Assembly: GCA_043228905.1 (NCBI GenBank)
Contig: JBHGNT010000018.1
Location: 16,740,001 to 16,804,000 of the forward strand
Direction: 5' to 3'
DNA: 64,000 nucleotides
Source: Azolla caroliniana
Taxonomy: Eukaryota > Plantae > Polypodiophyta
Positions 49,901-63,501 of the stretch are shown in pieces (within the stretch, counting starts at the first letter, position 1; each line of letters begins with the position of its first letter). Both the position numbers and the translations under genes were made by a program. The notes below the pieces were generated by a model, which was not told the DNA's origin, did no database searches, and worked only from the letters and a program-made list of their open reading frames with translations.

Positions 49901-50550
49901 CTTTTGGCAAATTAGATGCAACCTTTTGAAGAAGGATTTAAAAGAGCATCTTTTGTCTTTGAATGGAAACTATCTTGAACTAACTTGCCATTTTTCCAAT
50001 TTCTTTTTGTCATGTAACATCAATGTGTGTTTCGCCATACACAATGCATCCTCTTTATGTAAAGTCAAAGATCCTCTATGTGCTAACTCCGTTAGGACTT
50101 GAGAAGTAAATTTGGCTTGTTGAGTGTAATCTCTTTGTCTTGAGACATACCACTTCCCATACTCTTGTATTATTGTTTGTAATCTATGTACAAAATGTAC
50201 CCACGCTATATCAACATCTATGTTGATTTCTACATAAAGAGGAAGTATTATGTCATAGACCATCCCCTTGAAGAGTTCATGATTGAGGTAGTTGTTAATT
50301 AGCATAAGTATCTTCCTTTAGAGATGCACTTCATAGGAATGATTCCCAAAATGAAGGTCTAACCAGACAGGAGCATGATTTGACAACTGCAAAGCATGAT
50401 CTATATGCATTGTACATGTGAAATTTTCATACTAATTAGCATGAAAAAAATACCATCTATCAAGCCTTGCATAGTATGCCAAATGGGTGCTATGATGAAA
50501 GGTAAAACCAGAAACGTGTGGGTGTGTCATTTGCCATAAATCAACCCAAT

Positions 50551-51768
50551 CCAATGAGCTTTGCATATTATACCTTTGACCTTGTTCCTCTCTCAACATA
50601 TGTGAGTGCCCACTAGTGTTATCACCTGCATTTGGAGAGTTGTTGAAATCTCCACATATAAATGCATTTTGTGGCCATGGATAAGCACAAACGTCTTGCC
50701 AAATTAAAGATCTATCCCTTGAGGCATTTGGGGCATATATTCCAACAAAATCATATGAAAAACCATTTATCATGTATTGCACAACAATCCACCTCCCATG
50801 TTGATCATTATAGGAAACCATAGGATTTAGCTCATGTTTTATGATCATAAGCACTCCAATGAGCTTTGCATATTATACCACTAAACTTGTTCCTCTCTCC
50901 ACATATGTGAGTGCCCACTAGTGTTATCACCTGCATTTGGGGAGTTGTTGAAATCTCCACATATAAATGCATTTTGTGGCCATGGATAAGCACAAATGTC
51001 TTGCCAAATTAAAGCTCTATTAGCAATGGGCACGGTTTGGTTTCAAGGCAAAGAAACCAAACCAAACCGAAACCAAACTATTTATTTAAAACAAAACAAA
51101 ACCAAACCAAACCGTTTATGAACTCTTAGTATTTAAACCAAACCATTTAAGAAAACGTTAAAACCAAACCGTTTAGGGAAAAGTTGAAACCAAACCAAAC
51201 CATTTAATAAAAAAATTTAAACCTAACCACTTAAGTCAAACTAGTTAAACATCTAAAGAAACAAAAATACATTAAATTAAATAAGCATTTAAGTTAAATT
51301 TATTAAATCAATAAAAGAAACTTTAATTGAACCATTAAATTAAATAAACATTTAAGTTAAAATAATTAAATCAATAAAAAACCATTAATTAAACCATTAC
51401 ATCAATAAACTATTAAGGTATAAAAAAAAACGTTAACCAAAACCCTTTAAACCTTTAAACCAAACCTATCAACCTATCAACCCAAGTTTTAGAACCAAAC
51501 CCAACCATTTATCGAGAATCCAAACTAAAGCAAACCATTAAAATTTTTCAGAACCAATAAACCATTAAACCATGGCTTAATGGTTCGGTTCGATTTGAGC
51601 TAAAACCGTGCCCATTGCTAAGCTCTATCCCTTGAGGCATTCGGTGCATATATTCCAACAAAATCATATGTCTAACCATTTATCATGTATTGCACACCCA
51701 TCCACCTCCCATGTTGATCATGATAGGCAACCATAGGATTTAGCTCATGTTTTATGATCATAAGCACT
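50551..51768. repeat. About 305-bp tandem duplication in LINE-3 APE; the second copy carries a MITE
   Basis: CCAATGAGCTTTGCATATTATACC at 50551 and 50856; both copies end ...ATCATAAGCACT. Confidence 0.9.
51021..51620. mobile_element. hAT-type MITE (600 bp)
   Basis: Perfect 18-bp TIR TAGCAATGGGCACGGTTT, 8-bp TSD AGCTCTAT, dense AAACC subterminal repeats. Confidence 0.95.
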
Positions 51769-53094
51769 CTAGATGTTGTACCTTGACCTACATAGAAGAT
51801 GTCAAAACCTCCAAATGAACCAACTTGACCACTAAACTCAACTTGTTTATGTTCTTGAACACAAATTACATCTGCTTGAGAAGAGATAATATAGTTCCGA
51901 AATAGTTTCCATTTACTAGGATTACAAAGACCTCGTATATTGAAAGAGACACATTTGACTTGTTTATGCATGATTAATATGGTTGAAGGTATTAAACAAA
52001 GCAAAATACTAATATGATTGCATATTAGTATCTCCGCCATGCTTATTTGCATGAAGACTAATATCTACATTTGATCCATCTTTGTAAATGTTCACATATG
52101 AACCTCTACTCACCCTTTTCTAGGCTTCTAAGACTGAAGAGAGGATTGAAGCATTAACCTATAAAGATGAACCTTGATTCTCAAGTGCGTGAGTGTAGTT
52201 CCTCACCACCATAGGTGTCTTGCTTCTAAAGGATTTCTTAGATATTTGTCATCCTTCAGTGTTCTCTTTGTCCACATCAAAGCCTTGTGTCAAATCGTGC
52301 ATGTTTGATTGCACATTACCAATTGTCTGTAGGACTTTACTTTTCCCTTTGTCTTGTACTCTCGGTTTCTGGATAGGTTGCATCATAGATTGGTTTGTTG
52401 CCTTTGAAGAAGAAACCTGACTATTTTCTTTCAGTGATGTAGGTTTCAACATTGTGGTTCCAGGTGGCTGAATAGTTATTGTTGGGCATTCTGATTGCAT
52501 ATGACCAAACTTGTTATGTGTAACATGCGCTTGCAAATTTGCCCCATTTCAACTTAAAAGCGCTTGCACCAATAGTTGGATCATCTGAGTTGAGGGTGAT
52601 ACCTTCCAAGATCAGAACATCTGTGTCCCAAAGAATGCAAAATCTATAAGAAGTACTTGTAGTTTTTGGGGGCATACTACTCTCCCCATTCCCGCTGCAA
52701 TTGTAGGTAATAAGTGATTCCAATTTCGTGGAAAGTCAAGCACTTCCACCTAGACATGACATTTGTTACGAATTAGCCTTTGATAGTCTTTTGTCAAAGA
52801 CCACAAAATGCATAAACAATTTTATCTCTATATGTTAAAGGAGATTCTTCAAGTAATTGAATTTTGTACTTTGGTTCTGATAGCAATACTTCGTTAAAAC
52901 CCTCTAGTAGCAAAATAAACTCCATTAACTACATAGACTTTAAACATGGCATTTATCCATTGAGCCACGTCATTTGCAGAAGGCATCTTCCTAGGAAAGA
53001 AAAGAATAATAGCATTTGACATGTACACTTTTAAAGGATTCAACAAGTCTTGTGATGGGATAGTAAATGTCTTGCTTGGCAAAGGCCAATCCCA

Positions 53095-53577
53095 TGTCTT
53101 TCTAGCCTTTGCAAAGTCCTCTACTAGACTATCTTGAAGTCATTTTGTATCTACGTGATCTTCTATAATTTCTTTCGTCTTCTTATTCCATACAGAAGAT
53201 GATTGAGCCATCCTTGACAACAATAATGTGGTATAGACCTGCTACTTTGTATGTTGAAATGTAGAGAGGTCTAACAAAGGTAATGAGAGGAGCAAACATG
53301 GTGTCTCACAACTTAGGTCGAAATAGGCAGGTCCTGTGTCTTTCTAGCCTTTGAAAGTCCTCTACTAGACTATCTTGAAGTCATTTTGTATCTACGTGAT
53401 CTTCTATAATTTCTTTCATCTTCTTATTCCATACGGAAGATGATTGAGCCATCCTTGACAACAATAATGTGGTATAGACCTGCTACTTTGTATGTTGAAA
53501 TGTAGAGAGGTCTAACAAAGGTAATGAGAGGAGCAAACATGGTGTCTCACAACTTAGGTCGAAATAGGCAGGTCCTG
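53095..53577. repeat. About 242-bp near-perfect tandem duplication at the LINE-3 5' UTR/ORF1 start
   Basis: TGTCTTTCTAGCCTTTG...GGCAGGTCCTG at 53095 and 53337. Confidence 0.95.
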
Positions 53578-54225
53578 AAGTCTGCACCCCCCTCAAATTT
53601 GAGTGAATCTTACATGCTCAATTCACCCGGAAGGCGCCAAACGACTCAAACCTCATCTGATTTCGACTCCGGATGCGGGAGATATGAGAGTTGAAAGGTA
53701 AACTCTGTCTCTCTATCTTTCATGTCACACTTTTCTCTCCACACCTGTTAAGAGTCTATTACTAATCAATAGAACAAATCAAGTAATAAGGAAGAAAATA
53801 GATTGGATAGAAGAACCCGTTCCACCCGACCACCCCCGAGCTATGATCTAGACATAGCCAACCTACCACCGACGTCCCATACCACCGGATATTAGGATGA
53901 CTAATACCTTGGAAGAGATAAACACGATCGTCGAGACGAAAGCCTAGCCCGCACCACCGGTGTCTACGACAGCAGCCTTCCGACGTGATGATCCTATGAG
54001 GGTAGCTAAGCCTCATATTTATACCTTTTCCTAGGCCCCTTGAATAGATGTGCCTTTCTAAAAGGCTCTCTATTCATTGGTTGTCTAAATCATGATAGTG
54101 CATGCACATATCATTCATTCTATCCAATCATTAGTCCCCTTTTTAATAATAGTGAACATACCCTTCACTAATGTAAATATTAGTGACCTACCCTCACCAA
54201 CGTTATGTGTACATAACATACTCCC

Positions 54226-57200
54226 CTACTTCAAAAGATTGCACTCTTGCAATATAAAGTGAGGAAATTGTGCCTTAAGCGAATGCTCGCATTCCCATGT
54301 GGCATCATCAATAGGTTTATCCATCCATTTGATCTTGAATAGCCGAATCTCTTTAGAACGTAAACGTTTAGTACGAGAATCAAGAATTCGTTCAGGAACA
54401 TGAGGTTTGTAAGAAAAATCCTCTAATGTTACAAGATCTTGGATTGTGATGGTGTTATCACCAGAGCCTAAAAATGGTTTTAGACGACTGACGTGAAAAA
54501 CAGGATGAATACCAACGTTACGAGGTAAGGCAAGGTGATAAGCAGATGACCCAACTCGCTTAAGGATTTCAAATGGGCCACAATATCGTGGGGCTAACTT
54601 AGCGCACTTGCCCGTAGATAATGACGTAGAATCAGTCGGGACACGCAAAAAAACTTTTTGACCAATAGTAAATGCACGAGGACGTCTATCCTGATCAGCA
54701 TAAAATCGAGCACGATCTTGAGCTGTCTTGACATTTTCTTTGGCAATATGCAACATTTGGTTCATGTCTTGCAAAAAATTGCGTGTACTGTCTAATGTAT
54801 CACGATGAATCGTGACATCAACTGGGGCACGTGGCTGAAAACCATACATCAACATAAAAGGACTATATCCAGTGGATGTATGTTTAGAGCTATTATAGGC
54901 AAATTCTAAGATAGGAAGGTATTGCTCCCACTTAGAAGGGGTTTTTGCTACATAAGCTCGAAGCATGTCCTCAATAATTTGATTAACTCATTCAGTTTGT
55001 CCATCAGACTGAGGATGATCTGCGGAACTCATGCTCAACGTAGTTTCTAGTTTCTTAAAGACCTGAGTCCAAAAGTCACTAGTAAACTTGGAATCTCGAT
55101 CACTAACAATATCCATCGGTAATCCATAAAAACGAAATAACTCATCAACAAATTGATAAGCCAACTGTTGAGCGGTTACCGTGGTTTTTGTAGGAATAAA
55201 TCTAGCTAATTTTGTTAGCCTGTCAACGACAACCCATATGGCATCATGACCCCTCTGTGTACGAGGTAAACTAACAATAAAATCCATCGAGATACTTTCC
55301 CATTTATTGTTGGGAATATCTAAGGGATGTAAAAGACCAGCAGCTTTAAGTCGTTCCGACTTATTAATCTGACATTGTAAGCATTGAGTTACGTATTTAT
55401 GCACGTCAGAGCGCATCTTAGGCCAGAAAAAAGTACACGAGATGAGAACGAGTGTGCGTTGTATTCCAGGATGACCAGCAGATGGTGCATCATGACATTC
55501 ATGAAAAATTTTCTGTTTAACATTTGGTAAATCTGGAACACAAACCTTTCCACTACGGTAGAGCAAACCGTTTGTAATGTGAAAGGTCGCCTTCAAGGGT
55601 AGGGTGCTAGTATCGGCATCTAAACCAGATTCGGCTTTCGTCCAGTATTTTGAGAAATAATTGTCATCAAGGTATTTCCCTCGAAGGTGATCTAAAAGAT
55701 CAGATTTTATTTCCGTGAAGCTAAGCATGTTAACTTCTTTAATGCGACTAAGAGCATCAGCAACGGTGTTCATAGAACCCTTGCGATATCGTATGGAAAA
55801 ATCAAAATCTTGCATAAGGTCAGCCCAACGGCCTTTACGACCAACAAGATCGGGCTGGTCACAAAAATACTTTAATGATTGATGGTCTGTTGTAACCACA
55901 AATTTATTTCCATAGAGATAGTGCCTCCATGTTTTAAGTGCGTGTATCACCGCAAACAACTCTTTCTCTTGAACCAAATACCGAGATTGAGCAGCATCAA
56001 GCTTCTTACTTTCAAAAGCAATAGGGTGACCACCTTGATAAAGAACGGCACCAATAGCATAATCACTAGCATCGGTTTCAATTGAGAAAGGCTTAGAAGG
56101 GTCTGGTAATAGAAGAGTGGGAGCCTGACACACATGCTCCTTGAGTGTCTCAAATGATTTGTCAAGTTGTTCATTCCATGAAATTGGTTTGACAGACTTA
56201 CGTGGATGACCTTTTAAAAGATCAGTTAATGGCGTAGTCAATTTGGAATAGTTACGAATTGATTTTCGTAAAAATCCAACAAACCCTAAGAATGATCTAA
56301 GTTCACGAATATTACGAGGAATGGGCCAAAGTTTAACCTTTTCAATACGAGAAGGTTCAATTTCAACGCCCTTTTCTGTAATTAAATGACCTAGGTACAC
56401 AATAGATTTTTGGAAGAAGTCACATTTTGAATGTTTTGCATAGAAAGAGTTGTCACGCAACTTTCGCAAAACAAATCGAACATGTTGAACATGATCTTGC
56501 AAGGTACGGCTATATATCAAAATATCATCCAAGAAGACGACAACAAAATCACCGAGTTGATCTCGGAAAACATCATTCATCGCTTGTTGGAATGTGGCTG
56601 GAGCATTAGTCAACCCAAACGGCATGACTAAAAACTCATAATGGCCATAGCGCGTACGAAAAGCGGTTTTAGGAATATCATCCTCGGCGATGCGAATCTG
56701 ATGATAACCAGTTCGTAAGTCAATTTTCGTAAAATATCGAGCCCCGTGCAAGCGATCAATCAAATCATCGGCACGAGGTAATGGATATGCATTCTTAATT
56801 GTCATTTTATTCAAACGGCGATAATTGATACACATTCGCCACGAACCTTCCTTCTTCTTGACTAATAGAACTGGCGCACCCCAAGGTGATTTACTATACC
56901 TAATGTGGCCCATACTCAAGTATTCCTTAAGTTGTTTAGCGATCTCATCCTCTTCTAATCGACTAAGTCGGTAAGGTGGAATGCTCACAGGAGCAGCCCC
57001 ATGGATGAGTTCAATTTGATGGTCCACATTACGTTTAGGTGGTAAAGTAAGCGGTAATTCAGTAGGAAACACATCTTGAAAATCCTCTAAAATAGAGTCG
57101 AGTAATCGTTGCTCAAAATGTGGTAATTGTGTGGCGTCAATATTAAAATAATAAAATTGAACCGCAGGATCAATTACACACGAATAAATTAATGAACTAG

Positions 57201-58629
57201 AATACTCACTTAAAGATTTAGAAGACACAAGTGAATGAGAAGGAAGTTTGGAACATTGAATAAAATGTTTACAATTATTAAGTTCAAATGTGATTGATTG
57301 ATTAACCCAATCAATGGACAAAGAAGGGTTTTTATTAAAAAACCAAGGATATCCTAAAATGACATCTGCGGATTGTAATTTCATAACATGAAAGTCAAGC
57401 TTCTCCAAATAAGTATCTATTTGAATTGGCAGTTGACAAACAATGCCACTGATGTATTGAACGTTTCCATTTGCCATGTGAACTTGATAGATATGATCAC
57501 TTGCGTTTATGTGGAGCTCCATTTGCTGCACAAAGTGATCATTAAGAAAATTGTGAGAACTACCGGAATCAAACAAGAAATGTGCTTGTGTTCCATTGAT
57601 ATATCCGACTGCTCGGAGTAAATCATTAGGTCCAAGTAAATGTGAAGGAAAAGTGCATTCACATAAACTTAAGTGATTGGTATGAACTTCAACAATATCA
57701 AAAGACTCACCTGTGTGACTCGTAGATTTGTCTTGAGGAGGGGTGTTCATTGACTTCCTCTCAAGACGACGACAGGTATCCTTTGTGTGGCCCCGCTTCT
57801 TGCAATATGCACAGAAGAGGTTCGGTTTCTTTGAGTCGCGGTCAAGAGTGTCACTGGATTGCTTACGTTTCCCAATGAACTTGACATTCGGAGTTTTGGC
57901 GAACTCAGGTTTATTGTGGTCTTTCTTGGAAGTCCTATGGTATCGCAGCACAATGTTGATGGCTTCCTCGAAAGTTGTGGGGTCCTTGTCATGGACAATC
58001 CAATGATAATCCCCATTGGGAATACCATTCAAAAAACAAGCGACAAACCATTTCTCACCCGTAAGTCCCGATTTTTGGATCTGGGTCCGAGCGTGATGCA
58101 CATAATCCTCGAGAGAGGTAAATGGCTTACTAGACAATGTGAGCAAGTGTTGCGCTTGTTCGGTTTGAGAAGGTGGCTGCAAGAATTGTTTCTTAAAAAC
58201 ATCAACGAAACCTTCCCAAGTTGTGGGTAAGTTTTTTGCGGTCCTTAGGCCACGCCACCAAGCAGCAGCTCGGCCACCTAACTCACGACCGACATAACCA
58301 ATTTTTACTGCATCGGGCTTGGGATGAAGCTCAAAGTGAGACTCCCAACGACCAAGCCAAGTGCTAATGGCCTCCTTGGTTCTTTCTTTCTTATCTCCCT
58401 TGAAAGGCGTGACTACGAAGGAAGGTTCACCTTCTTTCTTGGACTCAATAGTTAATTCTTGGAATTTCTTTTCCAATGCCATATTGGCCTGTCTCATTTC
58501 GGCCAATTGATTCAAGGTAGTAGTGAGCAATTGCTCAATAGTGATCTCAACTTGTGTGCGAGATGCGGATTGGGGTTGAGAGGTCTCATTTGGAGAGATC
58601 GTTCCAACTGCGTTCAAAACTTGTTCCAT
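54226..58629 (-). CDS. Gypsy-D gag-pol polyprotein (about 1467 codons) with one in-frame TGA at 54988-54990
   Basis: gag with CAYCKKRGH, protease LFDSGSS, RT (FLDD), RNase H (TDASD), integrase and chromodomain (KW...DATWE). ORFs 54988-58629 and 54226-54966 are in the same frame. Confidence 0.93.
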
Positions 58630-59619
58630 GATGCACGCTGTGGGTATGCAATAAAATAAGGAGGTTCAGAAAATACACAAGCAAAATGAATGCTTGAAAT
58701 TTTGATTGAAAGAACTTTATCCAAAAAAGTATCTCATGTCTTTACCCCTCTAGACATATGAGATGTGATTCGAGATCCGATAACTATGGTAACACTATGG
58801 TGTTTTAAAAACCATGGGGGAAAACATAGCTAAGATGTATTTCTCGGATCTCTATCTTGAGTAATAATGGCGGCTCCCCGAGGCTCAACCATGGTTCTTA
58901 CATCAATGAAATTTCCTAGATAGCCTTATATTAATGCCAACCCATCATGTATTATATGGTCGAGAAAGTGTATTACGTGAAAAAACAAGTGCACTCACAA
59001 GTAATATTCTAGTCTTGCGAGCAATAAGCAAACGTGATGATAAAATGATAAAATAAGGCACTACTCATAAGAGTTAAGTAGTGACGAAAACAAGGGTAAA
59101 AAAAAAAAAGAACCCATGTGTTACCTACGAAAAAAACAATGTCACAAATAAATGGGAAGTGCAAGGTATGCACATATACATCCCAATATGATTGTTATAA
59201 CTTGCACAATTGTGACATAAGCCACAAATTGATACAAGTGATGACGGTGTTGTGCGCAAAGATGTAATACTCAAATCCATGAGTAAAACATCAATAAGGG
59301 AACTCATATGGTTTTACTCGTTTTCTAAGGCTTGATGATAAGAGTTAAACCTAGATGACCCGTTGAAAAAAATCGTTCAACAAGCCACTCCATACGAAAA
59401 AATAGTCTACACGTAAAGGTTACATTAAAATAAACGATGTAAATACTTTATACATGAAAAGGAAGTGGAAAAAGGAGAGTTAATTGTGGGCGGGTAAATA
59501 ATAATTACTAGAAAATCATATAAGTGAAACAATACTTATGAAATTAAGATTTAATTAGAATAATCAACAATTAGGTGTATGGAATCAAACATGCCCTAAG
59601 ATACAAAACCCTAGGGTAG

Positions 59620-59950
59620 TTGACATGCACCTCCTCAAGACCACCACATATCCCTAGAATCGGCCAAGTAATGGCTAATTAAAGAGGAAAGTGGCATAGG
59701 TAAGTGACATATACCTCGTCAAGGCCACATCATCCCTTAGAATCGGCCAATTGATGGCTAATTAAAAAGGAAAGTGGCATATGTAAGCTACATATACCTT
59801 GTCAAGGCCACAACATCCCATAGAATCGGCCAATTGATGGCTTAATAGAGAGTAGAGTGGCATAGGTAGGCAACATACACCTCGTCAAGGCCACATCATC
59901 CCTTAGAATCGGCCAAGTGATGGCTCAATAGAGGGGAAGAGTGGTATACT
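59620..59950. repeat. About 4 x 83-bp tandem repeat in the Gypsy-D 5' UTR
   Basis: CCTCGTCAAGGCCAC...TAGAATCGGCCAA units at about 59630, 59714, 59797 and 59880. Confidence 0.9.
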
Positions 59951-60861
59951 CAACATCATATGCAAAACGGCCATGAGATAAGCGTGTGCGATTAGAGCAA
60001 ACACGCTCGACCCAATGCACAAGAATAATTATTATCGTAAGAGTTCAAGAGAGGAGAGAGTGGGATATATATCGCAATATGCAAAAGGCCATGAGTTGAG
60101 CGTGTGCGATTAGTGCAAACACGCTCGGCCCGATGCATAATAATAAGTAAAATCGTAGCGTAGTAGGAGGTAGAAAGAAAGAGAATAAAACGTAATACCA
60201 ATTTGATTCGACCATAAAGAACGCATAATAGAAAAAGAGAAGAGATCAAAAAAGAAGAATACCAGGTTTAGAGTGTTGTTTTGATCCTGAGAAGAGCATG
60301 ACGAGCCTTGTTAGATCCCCCTCGCTCACACGCAAAAAACATCAAAACAACAAAAAAATTGTTAGTAAAAGCTCTGATACCACTGTTAAGAGTCTATTAC
60401 TAATCAATAGACCAAATCAAGTAATAAGGAAGAAAATAGATTGGATAGAAGAACCCGTTCCACCCGACCACCCCCGAGCTATGATCTAGACATAGCCAAC
60501 CTACCACCGACGTCCCATACCGCCGGATATTAGGATGACTAATACCTTGGAAGAGATAAACACGATCGTCGAGACGAAAGCCTAGCCCGCACCACCGGTG
60601 TCTACGACAGCAGCCTTCCGACGTGATGATCCTATGAGAGTAGCTAAGCCTCATATTTATACCTTTTCCTAGGCCCCTTGAATAGATGTGCCTTTCTAAA
60701 AGGCTCTCTATTCATTGGTTGTCTAAATCATGATAGTGCATGCACATATCATTCATTCTATCCAATCATTAGTCCCCTTTTTAATAATAGTGAACATACC
60801 CTTCACTAATGTAAATATTAGTGACCTACCCTCACCAACGTTATGTGTACATAACAACACC

Positions 60862-63501
60862 CTTTTCCTGTTTGAAGCCCTTCACCACAATGTGGGCTTT
60901 GAATCTGGGTGGATTCCCACCATCTCCCGGTTTCAGCTTATATACCTACTTGTTCCGAAGAGACCTCTTCCCTTTTGGCATCTCCGTGAGCTCATACGCA
61001 TGGTTCTCAGGTAGGGAATCCATATTATCTTGCATGGCACTCTACGACTCTCTGTTGTGGGTATCCATCACTGTTTGGCTCTTCTATTCCTAAGAGGATA
61101 TCTTCAACATTGGTTTTCAATAGCCGGCTTTCTAGGTCCTTCCTCTTCGATTGGTTCGTGATCGGAGTCGAAGTTAGCTACTTCTTTGGATCCGACCCCA
61201 TGTCAAGATCCCTTCGATCCAGCTCCCGGTTAGCTTTCGACTGATCTGGCTTCATATCTGAATCCGGCCGACTCACATTGCTCTTTAGTCGATGTCGGCT
61301 TTCGGCTGGTTGGGAGGTTGTTTCCGTCTTCTCCTTCTCCCAGTCAGTAGTAGTCTTTTCCTCCATGAAGACTATGTCCTAGCTCCGGATGACCTTCTTG
61401 TCGACCAAGTCCCACAACCAATAGCGGAATTCGTCTTCATCATACCCCAAGAATATGCATGGAAGAATCTTGCAATCCAATTTCCCCTTTGGTCCTTTGC
61501 TACATGCACGTAGGTGAGACATCCAAACACCCTCAGATGCTGGTATGATGTCTTTGCCTATCCACACTCTTTGTGGGACATCACTATCTAAGGGAACTGA
61601 GGGTGATTTGTTTATCATATCATATAAACAAACGTCACCAATGCCTCAACCCAGAAGGTCTTCATCAACTTGGCATGTGCAAGCATACTCCGAACTCTCT
61701 CCATGATGTATTCCAGCCGGATACCCTATGACAAGATACCTTGAACTGCCCTCTATATTTGCCGCCATTATCCATCTGGACCACTTTCAGCATCCATCCG
61801 GTTTCTCTTTCCATTTTCGCATGGTCCGGTTCATCCTCTGGCCAGCCTGTTTAGCTCTGGCGTCTTTGGCACGGTGTATTCCAGCCGGATACCCTATGAC
61901 AGGATACCTTGAACTGCCCTCTATATTTGCCGCCATTATCCATCCGGACCACTTTCAGCATCCATCCGGTTTCTCTTTCCATTCTCGCCTGGAACTCCTT
62001 GAAGATTGACAGCACCTTGGTCTTCAACACGAAAACCCATAACTTCCAGCTATGGTCATCAATGAAGGTCACAAAATATTGTGAACTAGCATGTGACTTT
62101 GTATCTACATAATATACATATGTATGCGCGAGTTCTAGCGTTGTCTTCTTCCTCATCGGGGTCCTGGGACGGAAGGAGGCCCTATTCTACTTGCCGACCA
62201 AGCAATCGGTGCATTTGTCAAGATGCACATCAAGAAAATTCTTCTAGAAGTGCCTCGGGTTCCCACAATAGAAGCATGTGGGCCTTCCTCTTGACTTCGA
62301 CCTTGTTTTGGACTTGTCCCGGTTCTAGGGACTTCTCTACCGGCCTCTTCCTCAGTTTGAGTCACCTTTTTTGTCCAGGGCCTTTGGGTCAATAACAGAT
62401 TCTCTATCCTTTCGGCGAGCTTCCTTATTTAATAATCTCGACTTCACCTTCTCCAAGGATAGATGCTTCAGGTATTGCCCAATGTGACAACGAGCGTCTT
62501 CAAGTTGTCCAGAAGGGATCCAGAGAGGTACCTCGTCAACAATGCTAATACCTCGTCAACAAGAGGTACTTCTAGAGAGGTGGTTTGATTTATCAGTCCT
62601 TGGAAGGCATTTAGGTGCTCTGCCATGCTTGAGCGATCTCGGTACCGCAGTCTCATGATATTCCGGAAGACTGACACTCTATTAACGATGTTTTTGTTCT
62701 CAAACATAACGCCGATCTTCTTCAACGGGACATCTTCCTTTGTCTCTTCATTGAAATTGTTATATAGACTCATTTCTATAAAACACCTAATGTAAGTTGT
62801 TGCCTTCAGATGCATAACCTCCTAGGTCGATGCATCGCTCTTGTTTAGCTTTGCATCTCCGTACTACACCGGCATCATGTCCCTCAACTTCGACTTCCAA
62901 ACATAATAGTTTGAGCCGATTAGCTCGAACATTCCTCTGAGGTGTTCGTCCATTGATCTAATACCAGTTTGTTGCGGAATATGTAGTCGGCCACAACCGG
63001 TCAACACGTGCAAATGAGAGACGCAAAAATCAAGACAACAATGAACAAGAAAAGTACAGAGACACAAGAACTTTTAATGTGGAAAACCCTGAATGGGAAA
63101 AACTAGGGGAGTCTACAAACTCTAAACTATATCACTATAGTAAGAGGGAACACAAAGCCTTGAGCTCCTCTTCGTCTGATAACAATTACAACAGAGATTC
63201 CTAGTACTCACTAGTTACAACATCTACTACACTAGTTACAATGTTGTCATCTCACTCAAAATGATTTTCCCTAGGAGTATTTATACTAATACACACAATG
63301 GGCTATTTACACATATGGCTTGTCTTTGGCGTATCAAAACATATCTACAAATATGTTCTCATTCGGATACATCTCCAGATCTAACCGATCTGGGGCTCGT
63401 AGATCTTCATCCGGCTTTGGCACTCTTCCTATTCGGTTCCTGTTCTTCGATCTCCAATCCGATTTGTGCTCTTCCCATTTGGAGGGACCTGTTTCCTAAC
63501 A
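60862..63501 (-). mobile_element. Degenerate Ty1/copia (Copia-D, related to Copia-B): 5' LTR through start of RT
   Basis: LTR 62970-63501 (TGTTG...CCTAACA), degenerate PBS at 62956-62966. gag, integrase (DNGGKY) and SH3-like region. RT start ...KGFKQEKGV is cut at the Gypsy-D insertion. Confidence 0.85.

Larger units (their letters stand above)
37064..53737 (-). mobile_element. Degenerate L1 LINE (LINE-3), split by Copia-C and a MITE, 3' end lost
   Basis: ORF1 remnants with zinc knuckle (FGHMQSECP) at about 52230-53210. APE (SFNIRGL, VQEHK, GDFN, RLDRWY) at about 50300-51970. RT (QYGF, DIEKAFD) at 49081-49900 joins AKLVQQ|GCLVS to 37064-37634 (AYAND, HLGYP). Confidence 0.87.
53746..60856 (-). 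mobile_element. Young, near-intact Ty3/gypsy chromovirus (Gypsy-D)
   Basis: 473-bp LTRs (53746-54218, 60384-60856) with about 3 differences and perfect TSD ACACC. PBS TGGTATCAGAGC (60371-60382), PPT AGGGGAGTA (54219-54227). Confidence 0.98.

Noticed and set aside
54988-54990. Programmed stop-codon readthrough in Gypsy-D
   Set aside because: The stop is mid-integrase at a conserved Arg (CGA in Gypsy-A). CpG deamination explains it more simply.
59620-60140. CRISPR-like array
   Set aside because: Units are contiguous degenerate tandem repeats without unique spacers, there are no cas genes, and the context is a eukaryotic retrotransposon.
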